A stretch of DNA of 64,000 nucleotides from an uncultured Candidatus Saccharibacteria bacterium. Lineage in GTDB: Bacteria > Patescibacteriota > Minisyncoccia > Phycocordibacterales > UBA9973. Positions 50,420 through 60,493 of the stretch are shown in pieces (within the stretch, counting starts at the first letter, position 1; each line of letters starts with the position of its first letter). The position numbers were made by a program, and so were the translations under genes. The notes under the pieces are model-generated. The model had not been told where the DNA came from, ran no database searches, and was given only the letters and a program-made list of their open reading frames with translations. The stretch covers positions 44,680 through 108,679 of the forward strand of contig CAZFSV010000001.1 of NCBI GenBank assembly GCA_964522195.1. Reading direction: 5' to 3'.

Positions 50420-51439
50420 ATGCATAAGAAAGTTAATACTAAATCTAAAGAAGAACTTTTGCGAGATATTGAAAATGAGGATTTTGCTCGTAAGACTTTA
50501 TCTTTTTATAAATACGTCAAAATAGAAAATCCAAAAGATATGAGAGATTTTCTATTTGATAAATTCTCTGAACTTAAGTGTTTAGGTAGAATTTATGTAG
50601 CTCACGAAGGAATAAACGCTCAGATGAATGTGCCTGAACATAATTGGGAAAAGTTTGATTCTTTCATTCAAAATATTCCTGAGTTTAAAGGAGCACCTTA
50701 TAAGGTGGCAGTAGAAGAAGTTGGTAAATCAAGTTTCTTGAAACTTATAGTTAAAGTCCGCCCAAAAATAGTAGCTGATGGACTTGATGATTCTACTTTT
50801 GATCCTGCTAATACTGGGGAATATGCGACGGCTGAAGATGTAAATAATATGATAGATCGTGGAGTTACTGTGATAGATATGCGCAATATTTACGAAGCAG
50901 CTATTGGGCATTTTGAAAATGCTAAATTGATGAATGTAGATACTTTTAGAGAGCAGCTCAAAAAAGTAACGGATATGTTTAAAGACAAAAAAGATGAAGA
51001 AGTCTTGCTTTATTGTACTGGAGGTATTCGTTGCGAGAAAGCTTCGGCTTGGATGAAGCATAATGGTTTTAAAAATGTTAAGCATATAAAAGGAGGTATA
51101 ATTGATTACGCTCATCAAGTAAAAGAAAAAGGATTACAAAACAAATTCAAAGGTAAGAATTTTGTTTTTGATGAAAGAATGGGGGAGAGAATAGGGGATG
51201 AAATTATCTCTTATTGTCAGGCTTGCGAGAAAGCTAAATCCGACGATTATATTCACTGTAGAAACACTTCTTGCCATGTTTTGTTTATTTGTTGCAAGAA
51301 TTGCGAGACTAAGCTTTCTGGATATTGTAGTAAAATTTGCCATATTTGTGATAAATTCCCTAAAAAGGTTAATCAATTGATAGTAGGTAAAAATAGGCAA
51401 AAGCATAAAAATCAATTTAAGAAAAATTATAAAAGATAA
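50420..51439 (+). CDS. trhO: Rhodanese-related tRNA U34 hydroxylase (TrhO/YceA family)
   Basis: LSFYKY, GRIYVAHEGINAQ, DMRNIYE..IGHF, YCTGGIRCEKAS and FVFDER. Confidence 0.92.
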   Translation: MHKKVNTKSKEELLRDIENEDFARKTLSFYKYVKIENPKDMRDFLFDKFSELKCLGRIYVAHEGINAQMNVPEHNWEKFDSFIQNIPEFKGAPYKVAVEEVGKSSFLKLIVKVRPKIVADGLDDSTFDPANTGEYATAEDVNNMIDRGVTVIDMRNIYEAAIGHFENAKLMNVDTFREQLKKVTDMFKDKKDEEVLLYCTGGIRCEKASAWMKHNGFKNVKHIKGGIIDYAHQVKEKGLQNKFKGKNFVFDERMGERIGDEIISYCQACEKAKSDDYIHCRNTSCHVLFICCKNCETKLSGYCSKICHICDKFPKKVNQLIVGKNRQKHKNQFKKNYKR

Positions 51440-51473
51440 ACAAAAATCCCTTAAAAGGGATTTTTGTTTATCT
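51434..51473. terminator. Bidirectional terminator between trhO and the PheRS gene
   Basis: AGATAAACAAAAATCCC-ttaaaa-GGGATTTTTGTTTATCT. Confidence 0.85.
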
Positions 51474-52604
51474 TACTTGAGCATTAAATTTTAGAGTTGT
51501 TTCTTCTTCTAGTTTTTTGTGAAGAATATCTATTTCTTCACTAGTTAAGGTTCTCTCTATTGAGCGGTAAACGATATGGAAAGCATAACTCATTTTATCA
51601 GAACCGAATTTAGTGTCGTTTTCATATTTATCAAGTAAACTAATTTCTTCTACTAAATCTCCTGCAATTTCGCGGGCCAAATCAAAGTAATCATTAGGTA
51701 CGAAAGTCTTAGGAACTATAAAAGATATATCTCGTGCAATAGGAGGGAATTTTGAAACCTCGTTGAATTTTTGACCTAGATTAAGTTGCTTGGTAACTCT
51801 CTCATCGTTACTCCAAAGTAAGCGTATATCAGGCAAATCCATACTTATAATAGCAAGACGTTCAAGCCCAAAACCAAAAGCCCAATTACTCCATTTTTCT
51901 GGATCAAGTCCTAGATTCTTAATAATTGTATCAGTCATAATTCCGCAACCTAAAACTTCAACCCACCTGTCTCCAATTAGAACTTCCATCTCAAGTGACG
52001 GATCAGTATAAGGAAAAGTATCTTTATTAAAACGATATTGTATATTTTCTCCAAAAACAGCTTTTGCAATATCAGATAAAACATTTTGTAAATCCTCTAT
52101 AGTAATTTCTTTTTTACTTTTTGGAATTAAAAATCCTCCATCCATTTGATGAAAAACATTCATATGGTTTCTATCAATTTCATCTTTACGATAAACTTTA
52201 CCAAAAGAGAAAAATCCTAAAGTTTCTTCATTTACTATTTTCTTTTTAATTTCTTCTTGGGTTAAATAGTAATACCACATTACAGTAGTATGAGGACGAA
52301 GTATATATTTATCATCCAAGAAATAAGTATCTGAACGAGAGCGAGCAGGGTGATCTGGAGCGAAATTATATAAATCAAAAGTCACATCAGTAGGTACCAT
52401 TTCGGGAGCTTTAATAATATCAAAATTCTTAAATTCTTCTATGTTTAATATTCGTTTTACTATTTCATTTATCGGTGAACCAACCTTTCTAGACAAATCA
52501 TCCATAGAAAGATATCTTTGCATTCGGAGTGCTTCAGTGTCTTTTCTTTGATTTAAATTAGCTTTTAATTCTTCTTGATTGTTAAGTTTAATATTGTATT
52601 CCAT
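51468..52604 (-). CDS. pheS: Phenylalanyl-tRNA synthetase: catalytic domain fused to FDX-ACB anticodon-binding domain (organelle-like monomeric type)
   Basis: HPARSRSDTYF, LRPHTT, VYRKDEIDRNH, FPYTDPSLE, AFGFGLERLA; C-terminal FPPIARDISF...YRSIERTLT. Confidence 0.9.
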   Translation of the reverse strand: MEYNIKLNNQEELKANLNQRKDTEALRMQRYLSMDDLSRKVGSPINEIVKRILNIEEFKNFDIIKAPEMVPTDVTFDLYNFAPDHPARSRSDTYFLDDKYILRPHTTVMWYYYLTQEEIKKKIVNEETLGFFSFGKVYRKDEIDRNHMNVFHQMDGGFLIPKSKKEITIEDLQNVLSDIAKAVFGENIQYRFNKDTFPYTDPSLEMEVLIGDRWVEVLGCGIMTDTIIKNLGLDPEKWSNWAFGFGLERLAIISMDLPDIRLLWSNDERVTKQLNLGQKFNEVSKFPPIARDISFIVPKTFVPNDYFDLAREIAGDLVEEISLLDKYENDTKFGSDKMSYAFHIVYRSIERTLTSEEIDILHKKLEEETTLKFNAQVR

Positions 52605-52640
52605 CTTTTAAATATAATGAAAAATTAAGGAAAAGTAAAC

Positions 52641-52677
52641 CCCGCACGAAAAAATTCTAGGAATTTTTTCGTGCGGG
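52641..52677. repeat. Perfect 17-bp-arm palindrome in a divergent intergenic region
   Basis: CCCGCACGAAAAAATTC-tag-GAATTTTTTCGTGCGGG. Confidence 0.85.
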
Positions 52678-52775
52678 TCAAAGTTGGTTTTGTATTATAT
52701 TTTTGTTATAATAACCTTAAATCTGATTTGAGAAATTAGATTATTTATGTAAATTAGTTTTTGTAACATTTTACA

Positions 52776-53780
52776 ATGTTTAAAAAAAATAAGTTAAAAA
52801 TAGATAAATTTAAAAAATATTTTTTTTCCGACAGAATTATTTATATTTTTATTATACTAATATTAGTCTGTTTAATTATTTTTAATAAACCCGAAGATAG
52901 AAATAAATTTTTAATTTCTCACGATAAATCAACTCAATATCAATTTACCAATCCTATACTTGATTGTGAATTCGAGATAGAGAATTCTGCTTTGTTTTTG
53001 GAAGATATCAATAAAGAAACAAATAAATTAAAAACTAAATATAGTTTAGACTCTTTTTCTTTTTATTACAGAGAGCTAAATAATGGAGTTTGGTTTGGTA
53101 TTAATGAAAAAGAATATTTTTCACCAGCCAGTTTATTGAAAGTGCCTATACTAGTTGGATTTTTAAAAAATGTTGAAAAAGATAATTCATTATTAAATAA
53201 AAAAGTGATAGTTCAAGAACAAGATTTTGTAGAGAATGTTAATTCTAATATTGTTTCATATAACTTGCTTGAAAGAAATAGAGAATATTCATTACTTGAA
53301 GTTGCAGAACATTTAATTCAAAAATCTGACAATACCGCTATACCTATTTTATTTGAAAATATTTCAGAAGATTACCTTGAAGAAGTTTTTAAAGCAGTTG
53401 GTTTGAATGCTATAGATGGAGAACATGACACTGAGATTCGCGTGAAAGATTATGCAGGTCTTTTTAGAGTTTTGTTTAACTCTTCTTATTTGGGTAGAGA
53501 TATGTCTGAATTAGCATTAAATATCTTATCAAGCACTGAGTTTGATCAAGGTATTGTAGCTGGTCTTCCAAAAAACATTAAAGTTTCTCATAAATTCGGA
53601 GAAAGAAAAATTGATAATTTGAAAAATAATACTCAATTGCATGATTGTGGAATAGTTTATTATCCTGACAATCCTTATATTTTTTGTGTTATGACAAGAG
53701 GTGATGATTTTAATAATCAAGCTAATTTTATTAGAGATTTATCTGAATTTATTTTTAGTCAAGTAGATAAAAATAAATAA
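52776..53780 (+). CDS. Class A beta-lactamase-related serine hydrolase, membrane anchored
   Basis: PASLLKV (SxxK), SDN, HKFG and HDCGIVY. Confidence 0.88.
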   Translation: MFKKNKLKIDKFKKYFFSDRIIYIFIILILVCLIIFNKPEDRNKFLISHDKSTQYQFTNPILDCEFEIENSALFLEDINKETNKLKTKYSLDSFSFYYRELNNGVWFGINEKEYFSPASLLKVPILVGFLKNVEKDNSLLNKKVIVQEQDFVENVNSNIVSYNLLERNREYSLLEVAEHLIQKSDNTAIPILFENISEDYLEEVFKAVGLNAIDGEHDTEIRVKDYAGLFRVLFNSSYLGRDMSELALNILSSTEFDQGIVAGLPKNIKVSHKFGERKIDNLKNNTQLHDCGIVYYPDNPYIFCVMTRGDDFNNQANFIRDLSEFIFSQVDKNK

Positions 53781-53846
53781 TAAAACAAGCTAATTTTTAT
53801 TTAAATAAGCTGGTTTTTAGTATTTTTTTTGCTATAATATATTAAT

Positions 53847-55922
53847 ATGGCAAAAGACAAAGAAACTAAAAAAGGTAGCTATGGAGCGGATCAAATATCT
53901 GTTCTTGAAGGTTTAGAACCAGTTCGTAAGCGTCCGGGTATGTATATCGGAACTACAGGTCCTGATGGTATGCATCACTTAATTTGGGAAATTTTTGATA
54001 ACTCTCGTGATGAGGCTATGGGTGGTTATGCAAACGATATTGAAATAGTACTTCTACCGGGAAACACAATTCGTGTAGCTGATAATGGTCGTGGTATTCC
54101 TGTTGATGTTCATAGTAAAACAAAAGTTTCTGCCTTAGAAACAGTTATGACTACTTTGCATGCTGGAGGTAAATTTGGAGGAGAAGGTTCAGGTTATAAA
54201 GTCTCTGGAGGACTTCACGGCGTAGGTGCTTCTGTTGTAAATGCTTTGTCTATTTATTGTAAAGCTATTGTTCATCGTGACGGAGGTAAACACTGTCAAG
54301 AATATTCCCAAGGTAAGAAAAAAGGTCCTGTAAAAAAAGTAGGTAGTTCAAAGAATAACGGAACTATTGTTACTTTTACTCCGGATGAAGAGATTTTTGG
54401 TAAAATTTTATTTGATTGGAATACTGTTGTGAATCATGTTCGTCAGCAAGCTTATTTAGTTAAAGGTTTACGTATTTCTGTTATTGATGCTCGTGATATG
54501 GATGCAGAAGCATTAGTCTATTCTAAAAAAGAAAAATTAGACCCAGACGAAGTTCATTACTTTAGAGAATTAGGTCTTGAGGTTCCTTCTATTACTTATT
54601 ATTTTGAAGGAGGTTTAATTTCTTTGGTTAAGTATTATAATAAATTCCAAAAAGCGGTTCAAAATAATATTTTTTATATTGAAAAAGAATTAGATGGAGT
54701 TCAGGTTGAAATTGCTTTGCAATATGTAGACGATATTGCTGATCGTATTGTAGCTTTTGCTAACAATATCTATACACCTCAAGGCGGTACTCATGTTACC
54801 GGTTTTAAAACAGCATTAACTCGTACATTAAATACATACTGCAAGAAAAATGAAATGCTTAAAGAATCCGAAGGAGGATTTACTGGGGAAGACGTGCTCG
54901 AAGGTTTGACTGTTGTGGTTTCTGTGAAATTACCTGAAATTCAATTTGAAGGTCAAACAAAAGCAAAGCTTGGTTCTATGGAAGCTCAAGGAGCAACTGC
55001 AACAGTTTTTGGTGAAGCTTTTGCTGCCTTCCTTGAAGAAAATCCTGATGATGCAAAAGTAATAATCAATAAATCAATTCTTGCATTAAAGGCTCGTAAA
55101 GCAGCAAAAGCTGCGAAAGATTCAGTATTGCGTAAAGGAGCACTCGAAGGTATGACTTTACCTGGAAAACTTGCAGACTGTCAAACAAAATCAGCGGAAG
55201 AATCAGAATTATTCATAGTAGAGGGAGACTCTGCGGGAGGTTCAGCTAAGCAAGGTCGGGATAGAAGAACTCAAGCAATTCTTCCACTTCGTGGAAAAAT
55301 CTTAAACGTAGAAAGAGCTCGTATTGATAAAATGCTCGCTTCGAAAGAGGTTCGGGCTTTAGTTATTGCTATGGGTGCATCAATAGGAGACACTTTTGAT
55401 TTAGAGAAAATGCGTTATCATAAAATAATTATTGCAACTGATGCCGACGTTGACGGTTCTCATATTCGTACTTTGCTTTTAACTTTATTCTACAGATATT
55501 TCAGGCCAATTATTGATGCAGGATATATTTATATAGCTCAACCACCTTTATATAAACTTAAAAAAGGAAAAGAAATTCATTATGCTTATACTGATGAAGA
55601 AAGAAATAAAATTGTTGGTAAAGAAGTTGATATCGCTGAAATTGTAAATGCTGAAGATGAAGTAAAGGAAGAAGAAACCGAAGAAGAAGTAAAAGTAAAA
55701 TCAGGTAAATTTCATATTCAAAGATACAAAGGTCTCGGAGAAATGAACCCTGAAGAGCTTTGGGAAACAACTATGGATCCTAAAAACAGAGTCTTAAAAA
55801 GAGTAGATATTACAGACGCCGAAGAAGCCAATAAAGTATTTGATATATTGATGGGCTCCGAAGTTCCACCAAGAAAATCCTTTATTCAGTCTAACGCTAA
55901 AATGGCTGAGATTGATATATAA
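53847..55922 (+). CDS. gyrB: DNA gyrase subunit B
   Basis: VRKRPGMYIG, EGDSAGGSAKQGRD, PLRGKILN and QRYKGLGEMN. Confidence 0.98.
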   Translation: MAKDKETKKGSYGADQISVLEGLEPVRKRPGMYIGTTGPDGMHHLIWEIFDNSRDEAMGGYANDIEIVLLPGNTIRVADNGRGIPVDVHSKTKVSALETVMTTLHAGGKFGGEGSGYKVSGGLHGVGASVVNALSIYCKAIVHRDGGKHCQEYSQGKKKGPVKKVGSSKNNGTIVTFTPDEEIFGKILFDWNTVVNHVRQQAYLVKGLRISVIDARDMDAEALVYSKKEKLDPDEVHYFRELGLEVPSITYYFEGGLISLVKYYNKFQKAVQNNIFYIEKELDGVQVEIALQYVDDIADRIVAFANNIYTPQGGTHVTGFKTALTRTLNTYCKKNEMLKESEGGFTGEDVLEGLTVVVSVKLPEIQFEGQTKAKLGSMEAQGATATVFGEAFAAFLEENPDDAKVIINKSILALKARKAAKAAKDSVLRKGALEGMTLPGKLADCQTKSAEESELFIVEGDSAGGSAKQGRDRRTQAILPLRGKILNVERARIDKMLASKEVRALVIAMGASIGDTFDLEKMRYHKIIIATDADVDGSHIRTLLLTLFYRYFRPIIDAGYIYIAQPPLYKLKKGKEIHYAYTDEERNKIVGKEVDIAEIVNAEDEVKEEETEEEVKVKSGKFHIQRYKGLGEMNPEELWETTMDPKNRVLKRVDITDAEEANKVFDILMGSEVPPRKSFIQSNAKMAEIDI

Positions 55923-55932
55923 AACTTAAAAC

Positions 55933-55959
55933 AAAAACCTCTCCATTGAGAGGTTTTTT
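55933..55959. terminator. Bidirectional terminator between gyrB and thrS
   Basis: AAAAACCTCTC-catt-GAGAGGTTTTTT. Confidence 0.88.
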
Positions 55960-55960
55960 A

Positions 55961-57709
55961 TTAATTCAAACTTTTATTTTTGATTTCTTCTTTTAATTTT
56001 AGAATAAAATTCTCTAGAGTTATTTCTTGTTTGTCGGTACGACTTTCTACTGTTAGGTTACCACTTTCGAGTTCTTTATCACCCAAGACTATTACGTATG
56101 GGACTTTTTGAGCTTTAGCGTGATTGATTCTTTTACCTAAGGAATTATTGTCGTCTTCTAATTCTACGCGTATGCCTTCCTTTTTTAAAGCTTCATAGAT
56201 TTCTCTAGCTTTATCATTATGATTCTCTCTGACCGGTACGATAGAGACTTGGACAGGGGAAAGCCAGGTAGGGAAAGCGCCTTCAAAATGTTCGATTAAA
56301 AAACCAATAAATCTTTCATGTGTACCTAAAGGGGCACGATGAATAACAGCAGGAATTTTTTTTGTCCCATCTTGGTCTGTATATTCTAAGTTAAAAGCTT
56401 TACCCATATATAAATCAAGTTGATTTGTTGAAGCAGTAAAAGCTCTACCTGTTGATGAAAATATTTGAAAATCCATTTTTGGTCCATAAAAAGCGGCACC
56501 TTCATTAACTACAGTAAATGGCACTTTAGATTTTTCCATAGCCTCTTTTGTCATATTTTCAGCTTCTTTCCAGTCTTTCTCATTGCCATGATATTTATCC
56601 ATATTGTTAGGGTCTCTCAGCGCTAATTCCATTTGGTAATTATTTATACCAAGAATTTTATAATAATATTCATGTAATTTGATTACGTTAACAAATTCAT
56701 CTACCGCTTTTTCTTTTTGTATATAAATATGAGCATCATTCATCTGCATTCCTCTTACACGCATAAGTCCAAATAAGCTTCCTGAGTCCTCATATCTATG
56801 GCACCAGCCATATTCTGCAAATCTTACAGGTAAATCCCTATAACTTTTAGGTCTAGCTGCATAAGTTTTGTGATGAAAAGGACAGTTCATTGGTTTGATG
56901 TAGTAATTTTCATTTTCTATTTCTATAGGAGCATACATACTTTGTTTATATAAAGGTAAATGGCCTGATGTATAAAAAAGATTCTCTTTTGTGATAATAG
57001 GAGTAGTAACTCTTTGATATCCCCATTTTTCTTCTGTTTCTTTTGCCCAATTTTCTAATTCTTCTTTGATTATGTTACCTTTAGGTAGCCAAATTGGTAA
57101 ACCTTTACCTATTGATTCATCAAAATAAAATAAATCTAATTTTTCTCCTAATGTTCTATGATCTCTTCTTAAAGCTTCTTCTCTTTGCGAAATATAATTT
57201 TCTAATTCTTCTTTTGTGTCAAAAGCGAGTCCATAAATACGAGTTAGCATTTTATTTTTTTCATCTCCTCGCCAATACGCTCCCGCGACCCGGTCGAGTT
57301 TAAATGAATCAATATTTATTTCTTTGCTAGGGTTCTCAGAATGTCCTCCACGGCAAAGATCAGTAAAATCTTCACAAGTATAGAAAGTTATTTTTTCACC
57401 TTTTTCGGCTATTTCATTTATGAGTTCTAATTTGTAAGGATTATTTTTAAAGTTTTCTTTTGCTTCTTCTTTAGTCTTTTCTTGGTGAGTAAAAATTTCC
57501 CAATTCTTCAAAGACTTTTTCATTTCTTTTTCTATTTTTACTAAATCGTTTTCTGAAAAAGGATTTGTGAATTCAAAGTCGTAATAAAAGCCGTTTTCAA
57601 TAGCAGGCCCTATTGTGTTTTTAGTATCTGGATAAAGTTTTAATACTGCATCTGCAAGCAGGTGAGCGAGTGTGTGTCTTTTGTTTTCTAAATTTTTATT
57701 GTTTTCCAT
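55961..57709 (-). CDS. thrS: Threonyl-tRNA synthetase (lacking TGS domain)
   Basis: RHTLAH, DLCRGGH, KPMNCPFH, GLMRVRG and AAFYGPK. Confidence 0.97.
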   Translation of the reverse strand: MENNKNLENKRHTLAHLLADAVLKLYPDTKNTIGPAIENGFYYDFEFTNPFSENDLVKIEKEMKKSLKNWEIFTHQEKTKEEAKENFKNNPYKLELINEIAEKGEKITFYTCEDFTDLCRGGHSENPSKEINIDSFKLDRVAGAYWRGDEKNKMLTRIYGLAFDTKEELENYISQREEALRRDHRTLGEKLDLFYFDESIGKGLPIWLPKGNIIKEELENWAKETEEKWGYQRVTTPIITKENLFYTSGHLPLYKQSMYAPIEIENENYYIKPMNCPFHHKTYAARPKSYRDLPVRFAEYGWCHRYEDSGSLFGLMRVRGMQMNDAHIYIQKEKAVDEFVNVIKLHEYYYKILGINNYQMELALRDPNNMDKYHGNEKDWKEAENMTKEAMEKSKVPFTVVNEGAAFYGPKMDFQIFSSTGRAFTASTNQLDLYMGKAFNLEYTDQDGTKKIPAVIHRAPLGTHERFIGFLIEHFEGAFPTWLSPVQVSIVPVRENHNDKAREIYEALKKEGIRVELEDDNNSLGKRINHAKAQKVPYVIVLGDKELESGNLTVESRTDKQEITLENFILKLKEEIKNKSLN

Positions 57710-57914
57710 CTCAGTCTTAAAATTTAATTTTTAATGTTATTTTTTATTGCCTGTGATTAAAATTTTAATACAGGACAAGTAATATCTCTAAATAATAGCA
57801 AAAAATAAAGACTTTTCATATACTTGACTTTTAATTTTTATGTGATAATATATTTTTGATACAAAGTTCGTTGTGATCTTTGAAATTTTTTTTAATTTCC
57901 AAAAACAGTTTGTA

Positions 57915-58502
57915 ATGGAAAATAATGTTTTAACAAAATCCCAATTTGAGGAAACCTTCAATTTTCTGAAAACTATGGGTTATTCAGAAATCCGTTTCCC
58001 GGGTGGAACAGATAAAAACTACGATCATTTTTCTGGAGTGATAATTTATCAATACAACTCAGAAAAAAAGAAAGTGTTTTTTTTGGTTGTACCTTACAAC
58101 TCAGACTTTTTTAAAAGTCACGAGGAAGACAGAAGTAGAAAACCACAAAAAGAAACTTATAAAAAAACTGCAGTTCGAGAGGTCTATGAAGAAACAGGCC
58201 TTATTGTTTCTCAAGACCATTTAATTGAACTCCCCGAAGCTCGTTTTGTGGCGAAGAAAAATGTTGGTACTGGAACCCATACCAAAAATTGGTTTATTAC
58301 TAACAATTTTTCAGGTCATCCAGCTAAATTCGAAGCTGGAAATCTTATTGAGGCTGAGACCGCCTCGCCGATGTGGGTAGAGGGAACAATATTAAAAGAA
58401 TTTCTTTCAAGAAAGCACAAAATTGCTTTCGAGAAAGGTGTCAATTATCTGGCAAGCAAAGATAGAGAACTTTGCATGGCCATGATGGATTATCTTGATT
58501 AA
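57915..58502 (+). CDS. NUDIX hydrolase
   Basis: ETYKKTAVREVYEETGL Nudix box. Confidence 0.8.
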   Translation: MENNVLTKSQFEETFNFLKTMGYSEIRFPGGTDKNYDHFSGVIIYQYNSEKKKVFFLVVPYNSDFFKSHEEDRSRKPQKETYKKTAVREVYEETGLIVSQDHLIELPEARFVAKKNVGTGTHTKNWFITNNFSGHPAKFEAGNLIEAETASPMWVEGTILKEFLSRKHKIAFEKGVNYLASKDRELCMAMMDYLD

Positions 58503-58607
58503 TTAAAAAAAGTTAATTCATTAAAAAAGTAAAGCCGGTTTGTTAATAAAATAACACCCGGCTTTTTTATTTTGCATTTTTGTAGATATGTGCTAATATA
58601 GAGAAAT

Positions 58608-58826
58608 ATGGTTATAAGAATGAGACATACAAAAGGGCATACAGGAAACAGGCGTTCCCACCATGCTCTTAAAAATAGAACTTTAGCAATTGATCCTGAA
58701 ACAGGAACAAAGCATTTAAGACACCGTGTTAATCCTACTACAGGAATGTATAAAGGAAGACAAGTTTTAAATATTGTTAAAAAAGTAGAAAAGAAACAAA
58801 AAAAAGCTAAAGCTAAGACTGCTTAA
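58608..58826 (+). CDS. rpmF: 50S ribosomal protein L32 (Cys-free type)
   Basis: NRRSHHAL...HLRHRVNPTTGMYKGRQV. Confidence 0.93.
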   Translation: MVIRMRHTKGHTGNRRSHHALKNRTLAIDPETGTKHLRHRVNPTTGMYKGRQVLNIVKKVEKKQKKAKAKTA

Positions 58827-58868
58827 TTTTTAGCTTTTTTATTTTGTGTTTTTTATATTAAATCAATT

Positions 58869-59795
58869 ATGGCAAACAGGCACCTTTCAAGATCAATAGT
58901 TCTTCAGACTCTCTTTGAGTGGGATTTTATGACGTCTAAAGAAAATCCTAAAGATTTCAATAAAGAAGATATTGAAAATTCTTTAAAAAGAAATTTAGAA
59001 GAATTTGCTCCTGGACTAGAAGACGATAAATTTGTTTTTGGTTTGATAGATTCTATTCTAAAAAAGAAAGCTATTATTGATGAAATAATTACTAAAGCAG
59101 CTCCTGATTGGCCTATTGATAAAATTTCTGTTGTAGACAGAAATATTTTGCGTATTGGTTTAACTGAACTTTTATTTGGAGATAGGCGAGATGTACCTCC
59201 AAAAGTTGCTATAAATGAAGCAATTGAACTTGCAAAAACTTTTGGTGGAGAAAACTCTTCTAAATTTATTAACGGAGTTTTAGGTGCAGTTTATAAAGAA
59301 ATAGGGGAACCAGGCAAAGAAGAAATAAGTAGAAAGAAAAAAATAGAAGAACCAGTAGATATTACTAAATTACCTAAAGAAAAATTAGGTGGAGCTTTAG
59401 TTTTTGCTTATAAAGACAATAATTTGTATTTTGCTTTAGTGCATGATGTGTTTGGTTATTGGACTTTATCTAAAGGTAAAATTGAAGAAAACGAAGATTT
59501 AGAACAAGGAACTAAAAGAGAAATTAAGGAAGAAATTGGACTTGATATAAAAATCATAACTAAATTAGGCGAGAATGAATATGTAGCTAGTCATCCAGAA
59601 AAAGGTAAAAAAGTTAAGAATGTTTCTTATTTTTTAGCTGAATCAGAATATAAAGAACTTAATTTAGAAGTTTCAGGTGGCTTAGATCAAGCCCGTTGGT
59701 TTTCTCTTAAAGAATTACCAGAACTAAAAATTTATAATGATATAGTTCCTCTGATTGCCCGTGCTGTTGAAATTATTTCTAATAATAAAAAATAA
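58869..59795 (+). CDS. nusB: NusB fused to a C-terminal NUDIX domain
   Basis: [36 protein letters not shown]; then WTLSKG...REIKEEIGL. Confidence 0.92.
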   Translation: MANRHLSRSIVLQTLFEWDFMTSKENPKDFNKEDIENSLKRNLEEFAPGLEDDKFVFGLIDSILKKKAIIDEIITKAAPDWPIDKISVVDRNILRIGLTELLFGDRRDVPPKVAINEAIELAKTFGGENSSKFINGVLGAVYKEIGEPGKEEISRKKKIEEPVDITKLPKEKLGGALVFAYKDNNLYFALVHDVFGYWTLSKGKIEENEDLEQGTKREIKEEIGLDIKIITKLGENEYVASHPEKGKKVKNVSYFLAESEYKELNLEVSGGLDQARWFSLKELPELKIYNDIVPLIARAVEIISNNKK

Positions 59796-59796
59796 A

Positions 59797-60492
59797 ATGA
59801 TTGATTTTAGTGATTTTGAAGAAAAAACAAAAATATTTTTTAAAAATAAAGATTTATTAAAACAAGCGTTTATTCATCGTTCATATATAAATGAAAATCC
59901 TCAAATAGGTCTTGCTCACAACGAAAGGCTAGAATTTTTAGGAGATGCTGTTTTAGAGTTAGTAGTGACAGATTTTTTATATTCAAAATATCCTAATTAC
60001 ACAGAAGGAGAATTAACAGCAATTCGGAGCGCTTTAGTGAATGCAATTATTATATCTGATGTTGCCTTTAAATTAGAAATGAATGAGTATTTATTACTTT
60101 CTAAAGGAGAGTCCAAAGATAAAGGTAAGGCTCGTCAATATATTTTAGCCAATACTTATGAGGCTTATGTTGGTGCAGTTTATTTAGATCAAGGTTATGA
60201 AATTGCAAAAGTTTTTATTGATCATACTTTGTTAATACATACAGAAACAATTGTGAAAAATAAATTATGGAGAGATGCAAAAAGTTTAGTTCAAGAAAAA
60301 GCTCAAGAGCATGTTGGAGTTACTCCTTCTTATAAAGTTTTAAATGAATCTGGTCCAGATCATGATAAGTATTTTACTGTTGGAATTTATTTTGGTTCTA
60401 ATTTGATAGGTCAAGGTAAAGGTCATTCAAAACAAGAAGCAGAACAACAAGCAGCACTCAATGCATTAAAAATAAATAATTGGATTGATTAA
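59797..60492 (+). CDS. rnc: Ribonuclease III
   Basis: NERLEFLGDAVL and C-terminal dsRBD (GPDH...SKQEAEQQAA). Confidence 0.97.
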   Translation: MIDFSDFEEKTKIFFKNKDLLKQAFIHRSYINENPQIGLAHNERLEFLGDAVLELVVTDFLYSKYPNYTEGELTAIRSALVNAIIISDVAFKLEMNEYLLLSKGESKDKGKARQYILANTYEAYVGAVYLDQGYEIAKVFIDHTLLIHTETIVKNKLWRDAKSLVQEKAQEHVGVTPSYKVLNESGPDHDKYFTVGIYFGSNLIGQGKGHSKQEAEQQAALNALKINNWID

Positions 60493-60493
60493 T

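Noticed and set aside
52776-53780. Bona fide antibiotic-resistance beta-lactamase
   Set aside because: Membrane-anchored, with KFG instead of KTG. More consistent with the broad beta-lactamase-like serine hydrolase family; resistance cannot be inferred.
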